Of a stretch of 64,000 nt of DNA, positions 28,043-41,325 are shown in pieces. A program made the position numbers and the translations under genes. The notes below the pieces were generated by a model. It was not told the DNA's origin. It was given only the letters and a program-made list of their open reading frames with translations, and searched no databases. Every line of letters begins with the position of its first letter. Position 1 is the first letter of the stretch. Origin of the DNA: Myxococcota bacterium (GTDB taxonomy: Bacteria > Myxococcota_A > UBA9042 > PHBI01 > JAWLBL01); assembly GCA_041687695.1 (NCBI GenBank), contig JAWLBL010000013.1:146874-210873 (forward strand), given 5' to 3'.

Positions 28043-28687
28043 GTGACCACGCCCACCCGCTACGTCTTCGACCTCGACGGCACGCTCGTGGACGCCTTCG
28101 CCGACCTCCTGGACGCCCTCGGCCACGCCCTGACCCGGCTGGGCGGCCGCCCGCTGACGATGCCCGAGCTGAAGGAGCGCGTGGGCCACGGCGCGCACCA
28201 CCTGGTGGCCAGCAGCTGCGGCCTGGTCGGCCTGCCGGACGAGGCGGTGGACGAGGCCTACGCCCTCTTCAAGGCCGCCTACCGCGGGCACTGCAGCGCC
28301 AAGACACGCGCCTACGAGGGCGTCCCGGCGCTGCTGACCGCGCTCGGGCCCGAGCGCGGCGCCGTCCTGACGAACAAGCCGCGCGCCTTCGCGCTGCGCA
28401 TCCTGGGCGAGCTGCGCCTGCGGGCGCTGCTGGGGCCGGTCGTCGGCGGCGACAGCCTGCCGACGCGCAAGCCCGATCCGTCGACGCTGCGCTTCGTCGC
28501 CCGCCTGTGGGGCGCGCCGCTCGAGTCGCTGACGATGGTCGGCGACAGCGTCATCGACGTCGAGGTGGCGCGCCGCGCCGGGATCCCGTGCGTCGCCGTC
28601 ACCTGGGGGCAGCACGGCCGGGAGGTCCTACTAGCGGCTGGGGCGACGCGCATCATCGATCACCCGAGCGAGCTGCTCACGGACTGA
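28043..28687 (+). CDS. HAD-superfamily hydrolase (phosphoglycolate phosphatase Gph-like)
   Basis: YVFDLDGTLVD motif I, LTNKP motif II, and the GDSVIDVEVARRAGI motif IV region. GTG start at 28043 inside a longer ORF. Confidence 0.8.
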   Translation: MTTPTRYVFDLDGTLVDAFADLLDALGHALTRLGGRPLTMPELKERVGHGAHHLVASSCGLVGLPDEAVDEAYALFKAAYRGHCSAKTRAYEGVPALLTALGPERGAVLTNKPRAFALRILGELRLRALLGPVVGGDSLPTRKPDPSTLRFVARLWGAPLESLTMVGDSVIDVEVARRAGIPCVAVTWGQHGREVLLAAGATRIIDHPSELLTD

Positions 28688-28778
28688 GCGCGTGGCCGGG
28701 GCCGCAGCGCTGCGTCGACCCCCCGAAGAGCCGCGGATGGCCGCGATTTGGCGCAAGAAATTGGCGTCGACAGTAGCG

Positions 28779-28807
28779 TTGACACCTCTGGGGGGGCGTG
28801 TTAGGCA
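28779..28807 (+). promoter_or_regulatory. possible promoter for tRNA-Gln
   Basis: Perfect -35 TTGACA, 17-nt spacer, weak -10 TAGGCA. An AT-richer patch (CAAGAAATT) lies upstream. About 60 nt ahead of the tRNA 5' end. Confidence 0.2.
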
Positions 28808-28868
28808 TCCGCACCCTCGCTTCCGGGGGTCCCCGGGGACCTTCGAGCGGGATGCCCAAGCGGCTTGC

Positions 28869-28940
28869 TGGGGCGTCGTCAAGTGGCAAGACACGGGTTT
28901 TTGGTACCCGCATTCGTAGGTTCGAATCCTACCGCCCCAA
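28869..28940 (+). tRNA. tRNA-Gln (anticodon UUG)
   Basis: Hand-folded cloverleaf. Acceptor UGGGGCG/CGCCCCA with the U1:A72 pair characteristic of bacterial tRNA-Gln. D-arm GUC...GAC with a GG loop. Anticodon arm CGGGU-UUUUGGU-ACCCG (anticodon UUG). T-arm GUAGG-UUCGAAU-CCUAC. Discriminator A. Near-identical to E. coli tRNA-Gln. Confidence 0.85.
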
Positions 28941-29055
28941 GTCGCCTCCACATCCACCATCGATTCCGAAGGTGACCGGCCCGTCGGGGCCGGCGCTGTA
29001 GGACCTGCCGACCGCCGACACCAGGCGCGCGGCACATGCCCATCGAGGATCCGTC

Positions 29056-29673
29056 ATGGAAACTGCCCAGCTCCGCGCCACCCCGCGCCCCGAGGCCGGC
29101 AAGAGCGCCAACCGCACCCTGCGCGCCGGCGGCAAGATCCCGGCCGTCGTCTACGGCTACCAGCGCGAGAACGCGCCCATCGCGGTGTCGCCCAAGGAAG
29201 TCGTCGCCATCCTCAACGGCCCGCGCGGCTTCAACACGCCGATCGAGCTGACGGTCGAGGGCGAGGCCACGCCCCGCCTGACGATGATCCGGGACCACCA
29301 GCTGCAGCCCTGGCGCCGCACGCTGCAGCACATCGACTTCTGGGAGATCACCCCGGAGACGGTCGTGACCGTCACGGTCCCCTTCGAGCGCGTGGGCCGC
29401 TCGGCGCCCGAGCGCGCCGGTGGCAAGGTCCGCCAGACCCGCAAGGACCTGAAGATCCGCTGCGTGCCCAGCAAGATCCCGGCGTCCATCCAGTTCGACA
29501 TGACGGCCATGCCCGAGGCGAACGCCAACATCACGGTCTCGCAGATCCCGATGCCCGAGGGCATCGAGGCCGTGTGGAAGCACGACTTCAGCCTCATCCA
29601 GATCAAGATGCCGAAGGTCGTCGCGACCGAGGCGGCGCCCGAGAAGGGCAAGAAGGGCAAGGGCAAGAAGTAG
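29056..29673 (+). CDS. rplY: 50S ribosomal protein L25 / general stress protein Ctc
   Basis: RAGGKIPAVVYG...FNTPIEL is canonical L25/Ctc with a Lys-rich C-terminal tail. Conserved rplY-pth arrangement. Confidence 0.9.
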   Translation: METAQLRATPRPEAGKSANRTLRAGGKIPAVVYGYQRENAPIAVSPKEVVAILNGPRGFNTPIELTVEGEATPRLTMIRDHQLQPWRRTLQHIDFWEITPETVVTVTVPFERVGRSAPERAGGKVRQTRKDLKIRCVPSKIPASIQFDMTAMPEANANITVSQIPMPEGIEAVWKHDFSLIQIKMPKVVATEAAPEKGKKGKGKK

Positions 29674-29782
29674 CGATCGGGGCGGCTCGCCGCCCCGCGT
29701 CGCCAGCGCCGTTCGTCCGGCCTCGCTTCGGCGCGGGCCGGGCGGTCGGGGCCGCAAGCAAAGGATCATGGAGGGCCTGGAC

Positions 29783-30361
29783 ATGCCCTGGCTGGTCGCC
29801 GGTCTGGGAAATCCGGGCCCTCAGTACGCCGGGAACCGACACAACATCGGTTTCATGGTGGCCGACGAGCTCGCGCGCCGCGCGGGCGAGACCTTCCGTG
29901 ACAAGTTCAACGCCCGGATGGCGCGGGGGCAGCTATCGGGACAGGACGCGGTCCTGCTCGAGCCCCTGACCTTCATGAACCGCAGCGGCACCTCGATCGC
30001 GGCCGCGGCGACCTTCTTCAAAGTCGACATCGGGCAGGTCATCGTCATCCATGACGAGCTGGATCTGCCCTTCGGCGCCCTCCGAATCAAGGTTGGGGGC
30101 GGACACGGGGGTCACAATGGCCTCCGCTCGATCTTTCAGCATCTGGGCCAGGACTTCGTTCGGATCCGGTGCGGCATCGGCCGCCCGGCCCACGGAGACG
30201 TGACGGGGTACGTCCTCGGAGACTTCTCCGCGGACGAGCGACCGCACCTCGCCCAACTCATCGACACGGCCGCGGACGCCGTGGAGAGCGTGCTCCGGGT
30301 CGGTCCGGGGCCGGCGATGAACACCTTCCACGCCGACAAGGGCAAGGGTGGAAGGGCTTGA
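29783..30361 (+). CDS. pth: peptidyl-tRNA hydrolase
   Basis: [21 protein letters not shown]...MNRSG...GHNG. ATG at 29783 with a GGAGGG RBS. An alternative ATG at 29768 is possible. Confidence 0.9.
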   Translation: MPWLVAGLGNPGPQYAGNRHNIGFMVADELARRAGETFRDKFNARMARGQLSGQDAVLLEPLTFMNRSGTSIAAAATFFKVDIGQVIVIHDELDLPFGALRIKVGGGHGGHNGLRSIFQHLGQDFVRIRCGIGRPAHGDVTGYVLGDFSADERPHLAQLIDTAADAVESVLRVGPGPAMNTFHADKGKGGRA

Positions 30362-30398
30362 TTGGGGACATGACCCCTCACGACGAGGAGCAAAGTCG

Positions 30399-32675
<2,277 letters not shown>

Positions 32676-32681
32676 GCACCG

Positions 32682-32725
32682 GGACGCGGCGTGCCCCCAC
32701 GGGCGCCGCGTCCTCGTGATTTGGG
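32682..32725 (+). terminator. rho-independent terminator after hppA
   Basis: 10-bp stem GGACGCGGCG/CGCCGCGTCC with a 12-nt loop followed by TCGTGATTTGGG. Confidence 0.5.
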
Positions 32726-32733
32726 ACTTGCAT

Positions 32734-32767
32734 GACGGGGGCGGGTGAGACATTCTCCCGCCCCCGT
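32734..32767 (+). other. perfect 11-bp hairpin in the rpsF 5' leader (possible rpsF-leader regulatory RNA or second terminator)
   Basis: ACGGGGGCGGG - 11-nt loop - CCCGCCCCCGT, located 58 nt upstream of the rpsF ATG. Confidence 0.3.
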
Positions 32768-32824
32768 TCGTCTCCTTGCTCCGGCCGAAGGTCGGCCGGG
32801 GCCCGAAGTCCAAAGGGAGAACCG

Positions 32825-33253
32825 ATGTATCTCAGGAAGTACGAGACGGTCGCCATCGTGAACCCGGATGCGGGCACGGACGGCGTCCAGCGCGTGCTCG
32901 ACCGTATGCGCGAGGCCATCACCAAGACCGGTGGCCAAGAGGCGCGGCTCGAGGATTGGGGCCGGCGTCGCCTGGCCTTCGAGATGGCCAAGCAGAACAA
33001 GGGCCATTACCTGTACCTGCTCTACCTCGGCACGACCTCGACGGTCGCCGAGCTCGAGCGCCTGCTCGGCATCACCGAGGAGGCGATGAAGTACCAGACG
33101 GTGCTGCTCGACCCCCGCGTCAAGGCCGACGAGTTCGACTTCGAGAAGGCCAAGAGCGAGTCGACGCAGCACGCCCGGTCCGAGGCGGCCTCGCCCCTGT
33201 TCGAGGACGACGAGGACGAGTCGGATGACGAAGAGTACGAGGAGGAGGACTAG
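32825..33253 (+). CDS. rpsF: 30S ribosomal protein S6
   Basis: [10 protein letters not shown]...[12 protein letters not shown]...KGHYLYLLY, with the acidic C-terminal tail typical of S6. RBS AAGGGAGA. Confidence 0.9.
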   Translation: MYLRKYETVAIVNPDAGTDGVQRVLDRMREAITKTGGQEARLEDWGRRRLAFEMAKQNKGHYLYLLYLGTTSTVAELERLLGITEEAMKYQTVLLDPRVKADEFDFEKAKSESTQHARSEAASPLFEDDEDESDDEEYEEED

Positions 33254-33255
33254 CC

Positions 33256-33495
33256 ATGCGCAAGCGTCGTACCGGCGGCCGCCGTAAAGTCTGCCCGTTC
33301 CTGGCGGACAAGAACCTCGCGGCCCAGCTCGATTACAAGAACCCCGAGCTCCTCAAGCGCTTCATCACCGATCGCGGCCGCATCGTGCCCCGCCGCATCT
33401 CGGGCGTGAGCTCGTTCTATCAGCGCATCCTGGCCCGCGAGATCAAGCGCGCCCGTGCCATCGCGCTCCTCCCCTACGCCTCCGCGGGCGAATAG
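33256..33495 (+). CDS. rpsR: 30S ribosomal protein S18
   Basis: [38 protein letters not shown] is canonical S18. Confidence 0.95.
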   Translation: MRKRRTGGRRKVCPFLADKNLAAQLDYKNPELLKRFITDRGRIVPRRISGVSSFYQRILAREIKRARAIALLPYASAGE

Positions 33496-33517
33496 CCCAG
33501 GCGGACCGGAGACACCC

Positions 33518-33961
33518 ATGCAGGTCATCCTGACTCAGGACGTGCCGAACCTGGGCGCGGCGGGCGAGATCGTCGACGTCAAGCCGGGTTATGGCGCCAA
33601 CTTCCTCATCCCGCAGGGCCACGCGGTCCTCGCGACCAGCCGCAACATGTCGCGCGTTCAGCACGAGCGCCGGCAGATCGAGGCGCGGATCGCCCGCGAG
33701 CGCGCCGACGCGCAGCAGGCTGCGTCCAAGCTCAAGGGCCTCAGCGTCACCCTGACGCGGCTCGTGGGCGAGGACGACAAGATCTTCGGCTCGGTCACGA
33801 CCAAGGACATCGCGGACGCCCTGGCCAACGAGGGGATCCGCATCGATCGCCGGCAGATCATCCTCGATCAGCCGCTCAAGGCGCTCGGCGTGTACGAGGT
33901 CGACATCAAGCTGCATCGCGACGTGAAGACCCAGATCAAGGTCTGGGTGGTCGCGGACTGA
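33518..33961 (+). CDS. rplI: 50S ribosomal protein L9
   Basis: MQVILTQDVPNLGAAGEIVDVKPGYGANFLIPQG is canonical L9. ATG at 33518 with a GGAG RBS. Confidence 0.95.
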   Translation: MQVILTQDVPNLGAAGEIVDVKPGYGANFLIPQGHAVLATSRNMSRVQHERRQIEARIARERADAQQAASKLKGLSVTLTRLVGEDDKIFGSVTTKDIADALANEGIRIDRRQIILDQPLKALGVYEVDIKLHRDVKTQIKVWVVAD

Positions 33962-34072
33962 CGCGGCCTGCCGCGCCGGGTGCCCTCGGGGCGCGCGGTG
34001 CGGCGCGGAGCCGTCCCTTTCAGGCCCGTCGGTGCAAGCCGGCGGGTCTTTTTCGTTTGGCGGGAGTGGACG

Positions 34073-34992
<920 letters not shown>

Positions 34993-34996
<4 letters not shown>

Positions 34997-35703
34997 CCCG
35001 CGTCCGCGTCGAGGGCCCGGCGGCCCCGGGCGAGCGCCTGACGCTGGACCCGGGGCAGGGGCACCACCTGGCGCGCGTGCTGCGCAAGGGCGTTGGCGAC
35101 GCGGTCGAGCTGGTCGACGGCCAGGGCGTGCGGTTCGCGGCGCGGCTGGTGGCCACGGAGCCGGTCGCGCTCGAGGTGGGCGAGCCGCTCGGGGCGGCGC
35201 CGGCCAACCCGGTCGAGCCCCTGGAGATCTGGCTGCCGCTGCTCAAGGGAGGCCGCAGCGACGATCTGGTCCGGCAGCTGGTCGAGCTGGGGGCGACCCG
35301 CATCGTCCCCTATGTCTCCGAGCGGACGGTGGCCCGGCCCGACGCCAAGCGCGCGTCCCGCCAGCGCGAGCGCTGGCAGAGCATCGCCATCGAGGCGACC
35401 CGGCAGTGCGGGCGCAGCGACGAGCCGTCCGTACAGGACGTCGCGGGCCTGCCCGACGAGGGCCCCGGCGTCTTCCTGTGGGAGGGCGGCGGGCGCCCAG
35501 CGCGGCAGGTCCTGTACAACGCGGCGCGGCCGCTGCGTGTCCTGGTGGGACCCGAGGGTGGGCTGGCGCAGGCCGAGGCCGACCGTCTGGTGGCGCAGGG
35601 CTGGGAGGCGGCGTGGCTGGGGCCGCGGGTGCTGAGGGCCGAGACGGCGGTCATCGCGGCGGCCGTGCTGGCCCTGAGCGCGCTTGGCGACGGCGGCTAC
35701 TGA
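34993..35703 (+). CDS. rsmE: 16S rRNA (uracil1498-N3)-methyltransferase
   Basis: GTG at 34993 overlaps the prmA TGA. Has an N-terminal PUA-like domain and a C-terminal SPOUT trefoil-knot fold. Confidence 0.8.
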
Positions 35704-36617
35704 GCCCGCTCGGCGGCCAGGCTGGCGTCTAGCCGGCGGCCCCAGGTGATCATCGCCACGAACGCGATGTTCATGGGGACCGTGACCGTCAGCAAGTACC
35801 ACCAGAACGACTGCGGGAAGAAGGGAGCCGCCATGATGGCCAGGACGATGAGCACGTTGTGCGTCGTCGGGCCGATCCAGCTGGCGGCGCGCAGGAAGGG
35901 GCTGGTGCGTCGGACGAAGGCCTCGCGCTCGGCCTCGTCGGCCAGAAAGCGCGGGCGCGACTCGATGACCAGGCGCTGCTGGAAGAGCGTGTAGCGCAGA
36001 TAGAGCCACAGGCCGATGCGCTCCCAAGCCGACTCGGCGTTGGCGAACTCGCGGCGGAGCTGATCGGGCGGGTCGATCTCGGTCTTGGCGGGCGCGACGT
36101 GGGCCAGGAACCACTGCTTGCGGAAGTCGAACAGACCCGAGTGCAGCGCCATGGAGGCGCCGGCCAGGAGCATCCAGGCGAACAGGCCCCAGCCGTCGAC
36201 CAGGCGGTCGCGGAACAGCACGCCGGTGTAGGCGAGGTAGCTCCACATGCCCAGGTGCACGGCGAGGGCGGTCGAGTAGTCGGCGATGCCGTCCATCATG
36301 CGGCCAAGGCGCGTGCCGCCGCCGCGCTGGCGGGCGAGCTGGCCGTCGACGCAGTCGAGGACCATGGAGGTCAGTAGGCAGATGGCCGCGAACCCGAGCG
36401 AGCCGGGCGTGCCGACGGCGATGAACCAGCCGGTGAGGGCGCCCAGGGAGGCGGACACGAGGGTCACCTGGTTGGGCGTGACCGGGGTATGGACGAGGCC
36501 CTGGACCACCAGCGCGGCGACGCGTCGGTTCACGTGTAGATCATAGAGCTCCTCGACGACGGGGCTCTTGACCGCGTCATCCGTCGGGACGGTGCCGGCA
36601 TGGGTGCGTTGGCGCAT
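35697..36617 (-). CDS. CDP-alcohol phosphatidyltransferase family protein
   Basis: 306 aa, multi-TM. Motif DCVDGQLAR-x8-G-x3-D-x3-D (DCVDGQLARQRGGGTRLGRMMDGIADY). ATG at 36617. This is the 3' third of a 1018-aa composite ORF. Confidence 0.8.
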   Translation of the reverse strand: MRQRTHAGTVPTDDAVKSPVVEELYDLHVNRRVAALVVQGLVHTPVTPNQVTLVSASLGALTGWFIAVGTPGSLGFAAICLLTSMVLDCVDGQLARQRGGGTRLGRMMDGIADYSTALAVHLGMWSYLAYTGVLFRDRLVDGWGLFAWMLLAGASMALHSGLFDFRKQWFLAHVAPAKTEIDPPDQLRREFANAESAWERIGLWLYLRYTLFQQRLVIESRPRFLADEAEREAFVRRTSPFLRAASWIGPTTHNVLIVLAIMAAPFFPQSFWWYLLTVTVPMNIAFVAMITWGRRLDASLAAERAQ

Positions 36618-36622
36618 GGACC

Positions 36623-38308
36623 TCAGACCTGTTTGTGGACCCAGCGTTTGGTGGCGAACCAGAGGGCGTAGGCGATGCCGCTGAGGACGTTGCCGAGGGC
36701 GATGAGCAGCCAGGTGCGCTCGGGCGTCACGTCCGAGAGGAGGACCGTCAACAGCGTAATGGGAATCACGAGACCCAAAAGGACCAGGCTGTCCAGCACG
36801 AGGCTCGAGAGCGTGGCTCCCGCGCCGGCGAGCGCCTGCGAGAGGACGACGGCGACGCCGAGGAACGCGTAGCTGAGGCCGACGACGCCCAGATACTCTA
36901 CGCCGGTGGCGACGACCCGCGGGTCGTCGTCGAACAGGCCGACGATGGCGGGGGCCCAGGCGCGATAGATCGCCAGGACGCCGATCATGACCAGCGCGTT
37001 GTACAGGGCGGCGACCCAGGCGGCGGTGTTGGCGCGGCCGGGCCGGAGCGCGCCGAGGTTCTGGCCGACCCAGGTGCTGGCGGCGGCGCCCCAGCCCATC
37101 CCGGTGAACAGGGCGACCGTGTCGAGGCGGATGCAGATGCCGTAGGCGGTCAGGACCGTGCTGTCCTCGGCCGTCGTGAAGTGGTGGCCGATGAGGGCGG
37201 TGAAGAAGAGGATGACCAGGATGCGAAGGACGAACTGGGCCGAGCTGGGCCAGGCGATGCGGACCAGGCGCCGGACGTCGGCGGCGCGGGGCCACATGGC
37301 CAGCGGGCTGAAGCGTAGGTCGCGGTGGGCGGCGAAGAGGAGGGCGAAGCCCAGGACGATGGCGAGGCCGCGCGACCACAGAGTGCTCCAGGCCGCGCCG
37401 GCGACGCCCATGCGGGGGAGGTCGAGCGCCTCGGCGAGCGGGGGCCCCCACGCGAACAGCTCGGGCGCCGGCCCGGGCCCGTAGACCATGGTCACCGACA
37501 GGAACAGGTTGAGGACGTTGGCGCCGACGAGCAGCACCATCGGGGTGACCGAGTCGCCGACGGCGCGCATCATGGCGGTGATCTGGAACAGCACCAGGAC
37601 CGTGAAGGAGCCGCCGACGATGATGCGCATGTACTCGGCGGCCATCTCCTGGACGGGGCCTTTGGCGCCGAAGACGTCGGCGGTCAGCGGCTCGGCGAGG
37701 AGCAGGCCTATCGCGCCGAAGACGATGGACAGGGCGAGGGTCAGGCCCATCGCCTGGGCCGAGGTCGTCGAGATGGCCCGGTCGTCGCCCTCGCCACGGC
37801 GGCGCGCGATGATGGCCACGGTGGCGTTCGAGACGCCGTTGGCGACGATCGAGGCGACCATGGCGACCAGATCGCAGATGGCCAGGGCGGCCAGCGCTTC
37901 GGTGCCCTCGGGCAGCTGGCCGACGATGAACATGTCGACCAGGTTGAACATGGCCTGCAGGGCCATGGCGACCACCAGGGGCAGCCCGAACCAGGCGACG
38001 CCGGTGCTCACGCGGCCGTGCAGGATGCGGGAACGCGGCTTCGCGCTCGGGGTGCGAAGCGCGCTCTCCGGTGCGTGTCCCTGCGGGGCGTCGGGGGGCG
38101 GGCTCACCGCGGGCGCGCGGCCACGGGGCGCGGGCTTGACCGCGGCGCCGGCGCCGCTCTCGGCCGGCTGGATCTCGTGAACTTCGTCGTCGTGCACCGT
38201 TTGGGCCCCGCGCTCCTGGGTGGGTGGTCGTCGCGCCCGCTCGGTGGTATGCAATGCAACATCCGGTCCAGCTCTGCGAGGTCGCGGGAGGGGGTCGGGC
38301 GACCGCAC
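36623..38308 (-). CDS. MATE-family efflux transporter (NorM/DinF-like), start uncertain
   Basis: 12-TM protein with the two-lobe MATE architecture (GLPLVVAMALQAMFNLVDMFIVGQL...). The first roughly 100 aa of the ORF are low-complexity, so the true start is probably downstream of 38308. Confidence 0.8.
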   Translation of the reverse strand: MRSPDPLPRPRRAGPDVALHTTERARRPPTQERGAQTVHDDEVHEIQPAESGAGAAVKPAPRGRAPAVSPPPDAPQGHAPESALRTPSAKPRSRILHGRVSTGVAWFGLPLVVAMALQAMFNLVDMFIVGQLPEGTEALAALAICDLVAMVASIVANGVSNATVAIIARRRGEGDDRAISTTSAQAMGLTLALSIVFGAIGLLLAEPLTADVFGAKGPVQEMAAEYMRIIVGGSFTVLVLFQITAMMRAVGDSVTPMVLLVGANVLNLFLSVTMVYGPGPAPELFAWGPPLAEALDLPRMGVAGAAWSTLWSRGLAIVLGFALLFAAHRDLRFSPLAMWPRAADVRRLVRIAWPSSAQFVLRILVILFFTALIGHHFTTAEDSTVLTAYGICIRLDTVALFTGMGWGAAASTWVGQNLGALRPGRANTAAWVAALYNALVMIGVLAIYRAWAPAIVGLFDDDPRVVATGVEYLGVVGLSYAFLGVAVVLSQALAGAGATLSSLVLDSLVLLGLVIPITLLTVLLSDVTPERTWLLIALGNVLSGIAYALWFATKRWVHKQV

Positions 38309-38529
38309 GCGGTGGGGTCGAGTGACCGCGGCTCTGATAGGCTCGCCGCAGACCGCGAGTCAACGGAACGCGCGCGAAGGGTGGGGCCGGCCGACCCCGG
38401 TGCAGCCCATCCGCGGCCCTTCCGCGACGCCACGACGACGTGCCGCGCCGGGCTTGAAATCCTTGGGAGGGTGCCCACGTTCTGCTATCGTTTCGAGCCC
38501 TCCCGCTCCCCAGCCCCTTAGGCTTACCG

Positions 38530-41325
38530 ATGGTCAACTGGTTCAAGAGAATGTTCGGGACCGCGAACGAGCGGACCCTCAAGCAGATCCAGCCGCTCGT
38601 CGAGCAGGTCAACCAGCTCGAGTCCAAGATGGCGGGGTACAGCGACGCCCAGCTGCAGGGCAAGACCGGCGAGTTCAAGCAGAAGCTGGCCAACGGCGCC
38701 AGCCTCGACGAGATCCTGCCGTCGGCGTTCGCGGTGATGCGCGAGGCGGGCAAGCGGGTGCTCGGGATGCGCCACTACGACGTGCAGCTCGTCGGCGGGA
38801 CGGTGCTGCACCAGGGCAAGATCGCCGAGATGAAGACGGGCGAGGGCAAGACGCTCGTCGCGACGCTGCCCGTGTACCTGAACGCGCTGTCCGGCAACGG
38901 CGTGCACGTCATCACGGTCAACGACTACCTCGCCTCGCGTGACGCCGAGTGGATGGGGCAGGTCTACCGCTGGCTGGGGCTGACGACCGGCGTCATCGTG
39001 CACGATCTGTCGGACACCGAGCGGCAGCGGGCCTACGGCGCCGACATCACCTACGGCACGAACAACGAGTTCGGGTTCGACTACCTGCGCGACAACATGA
39101 AGTTCTCGCTCGACCGCCGGGTGCAGCGCGGGCGCAACTTCGCCATCGTCGACGAGGTCGACTCCATCCTCATCGACGAGGCGCGCACCCCGCTCATCAT
39201 CTCGGGGCCCAGCGACAAGTCGTCCGACTGGTACTACCGCATCAACGCGGTCATCCCGTTCCTCAAGCGCGAAGAGGACTTCCTCGTCGACGAGAAGAGC
39301 CACTCGGCCACGCTGACCGACAGCGGCGTCGACAAGGTCGAGTCGCGGCTCAAGCTCGACAACCTCTACGACGCCGAGAACATCGAGATCCTGCACCACG
39401 TGCACCAGGCCCTCAAGGCGCACACGCTCTACAAGAAGGACGTCAACTACGTCATCGAAGAGGGCAAGGTCGTCATCGTCGACGAGTTCACGGGCCGCAA
39501 GATGAAGGGCCGCCGCTGGTCCGACGGCCTGCACCAGGCGGTCGAGGCCAAGGAGGGCGTGCGCATCGAGGCCGAGAACGAGACGCTCGCGACCATCACC
39601 TTCCAGAACTACTTCCGCCTGTACGAGAAGCTCGGCGGCATGACCGGTACGGCCGACACCGAGGCGTCGGAGTTCCTCGAGATCTACAAGCTGCCGGTGG
39701 TGGTCATCCCGACCAACAAGCCCGTCATCCGCAAGGACGAGAACGACCTCATCTACAAGTCCGAGCAGGAGAAGTGGTTCGCCGTGGCCGACGACGTCGT
39801 CGCGGCCCACGAGCGCGGCCAGCCGGTCCTGGTCGGCACGACCAGCGTCGAAAAGAGCGAGTACCTGTCGACCGTGCTGACCCGCAAGGGCGTGCCGCAC
39901 TCGGTCCTGAACGCCAAGTACCACGCGATGGAGGCGTCCATCGTGGCGCAGGCGGGCCGCCGTGGCGCGGTGACCATCGCGACCAACATGGCCGGCCGCG
40001 GCACCGACATCCTGCTGGGCGGCAACCCCGAGTTCATGGCGCGCGCCGAGGCCGGCACCGAAGAGGGGCCCGACTTCGAGGCGGCGATCGCCAAGTTCAA
40101 GGAGCAGTGCGCCAACGAGCGGCAACAGGTGCTCGACGCGGGCGGGCTGCACATCGTCGGCACCGAGCGGCACGAGAGCCGGCGCGTCGACAACCAGCTG
40201 CGCGGCCGCGCGGGGCGCCAGGGCGACCCGGGCTCGAGCCGGTTCTTCCTGAGCCTCGACGACGACCTGATGCGCATCTTCGGCCACGAGCGCATCAAGA
40301 AGGTCATGGAAGCGCTCCGGATGCCGGACAACGAGCCCATCGAGCACAAGTGGATCAACAAGGCCGTCGAGAACGCGCAGAAGAAGATCGAGGCGCGCAA
40401 CTTCGACATGCGAAAGCACGTCCTCGAGTACGACGACGTGATGAACCTGCAGCGCAAGGCCATCTACCAGCTGCGTGACCGCGTCCTGTCGGGCGAGGAG
40501 ACGCCGCAGCTCGTGCGCGAGGCCATCGAGGACGTCGTCGACCGCATCTGTGACGAGGCGATGCCCGAGGGCTTCGACCCGCACGACTTCGACGCGGCCG
40601 AGCTGGTCAAGGCGCTCGAGGCCCAGTTCACGGCCAAGGCCGACTTCTCCAAGGTCGAGTCGCCCAGCTTCGAGGCCTACCGCGACGCCGCGGCGCAGCA
40701 GATGAAGGCCTTCTACGACCAGCGCGAGATGGGGATCATCGACGCGCTGCAGCGCGCGGCGGTCGCGCAGGGCTCCGAGATCACGCCCGAGATCGCGCGC
40801 GAGCGCTGGCGGTTCTTCGAGCGCGAGCGCTACCTGCGGTCCATCGACACGCTGTGGAAGCACCACCTGAAGGTGATGGAGTCCCTCAAGGAGGGCATCA
40901 ACCTGCAGGCCTACGCGCAGAAGGACCCGAAGCTGGCCTACAAGAAGGAGGGCTACGAGCTCTTCCAGATGATGGTCGACAAGGTGAAGGAGAACGTCAC
41001 CGAGGTGCTCTTCCGCGCCGAGGGGCCGACCGAGGAGGAGATCCAGCGCATGCGCGAGCGGCGCCTCGAGGAGGAGAACCGCATCCTGCTCATGCGCCAG
41101 CAGCAGGAGGCCGCGCAGGCCGCCGCCGAGGCCAAGGCCAGCGCCTCCGCCGCGCAGCAGCAGGCCGAGGCCGCCCGCATCGCCCACCAGGGCGGGACCT
41201 TCACCCGCAAGTACGACAAGGTGGGCCGCAACGATCCGTGCCCCTGCGGCAGCGGCAAGAAGTTCAAGAAGTGCCACGAGGGGCGCCTCGAGGAGCTGTC
41301 CGCCACGGCGTCCTCGCGGACCTGA
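38530..41325 (+). CDS. secA: preprotein translocase ATPase SecA
   Basis: 931 aa. Walker [19 protein letters not shown]-like motor and a C-terminal Zn finger [13 protein letters not shown]. Full-length canonical SecA. Confidence 0.97.
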   Translation: MVNWFKRMFGTANERTLKQIQPLVEQVNQLESKMAGYSDAQLQGKTGEFKQKLANGASLDEILPSAFAVMREAGKRVLGMRHYDVQLVGGTVLHQGKIAEMKTGEGKTLVATLPVYLNALSGNGVHVITVNDYLASRDAEWMGQVYRWLGLTTGVIVHDLSDTERQRAYGADITYGTNNEFGFDYLRDNMKFSLDRRVQRGRNFAIVDEVDSILIDEARTPLIISGPSDKSSDWYYRINAVIPFLKREEDFLVDEKSHSATLTDSGVDKVESRLKLDNLYDAENIEILHHVHQALKAHTLYKKDVNYVIEEGKVVIVDEFTGRKMKGRRWSDGLHQAVEAKEGVRIEAENETLATITFQNYFRLYEKLGGMTGTADTEASEFLEIYKLPVVVIPTNKPVIRKDENDLIYKSEQEKWFAVADDVVAAHERGQPVLVGTTSVEKSEYLSTVLTRKGVPHSVLNAKYHAMEASIVAQAGRRGAVTIATNMAGRGTDILLGGNPEFMARAEAGTEEGPDFEAAIAKFKEQCANERQQVLDAGGLHIVGTERHESRRVDNQLRGRAGRQGDPGSSRFFLSLDDDLMRIFGHERIKKVMEALRMPDNEPIEHKWINKAVENAQKKIEARNFDMRKHVLEYDDVMNLQRKAIYQLRDRVLSGEETPQLVREAIEDVVDRICDEAMPEGFDPHDFDAAELVKALEAQFTAKADFSKVESPSFEAYRDAAAQQMKAFYDQREMGIIDALQRAAVAQGSEITPEIARERWRFFERERYLRSIDTLWKHHLKVMESLKEGINLQAYAQKDPKLAYKKEGYELFQMMVDKVKENVTEVLFRAEGPTEEEIQRMRERRLEEENRILLMRQQQEAAQAAAEAKASASAAQQQAEAARIAHQGGTFTRKYDKVGRNDPCPCGSGKKFKKCHEGRLEELSATASSRT

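Noticed and set aside
28692-28919. 75-aa ORF MAGAAALRRPPEE...
   Set aside because: It overlaps the tRNA-Gln gene and its structured leader. It has no RBS and reads as junk.
38309-38529. ATGCAATGCAAC near-palindrome and a TTGAAA -35-like box in the secA/MATE divergent intergenic region
   Set aside because: No convincing -10 element at the proper spacing and no match to the LexA-like palindrome seen at imuA. Too weak to call.
35697-38753. 1018-aa minus-strand ORF
   Set aside because: It is a composite. Only the 3' 921 nt (CDP-alcohol phosphatidyltransferase, ATG at 36617) is coding in this frame. The upstream part is out of frame relative to the MATE transporter, which is encoded in 36623..38308.
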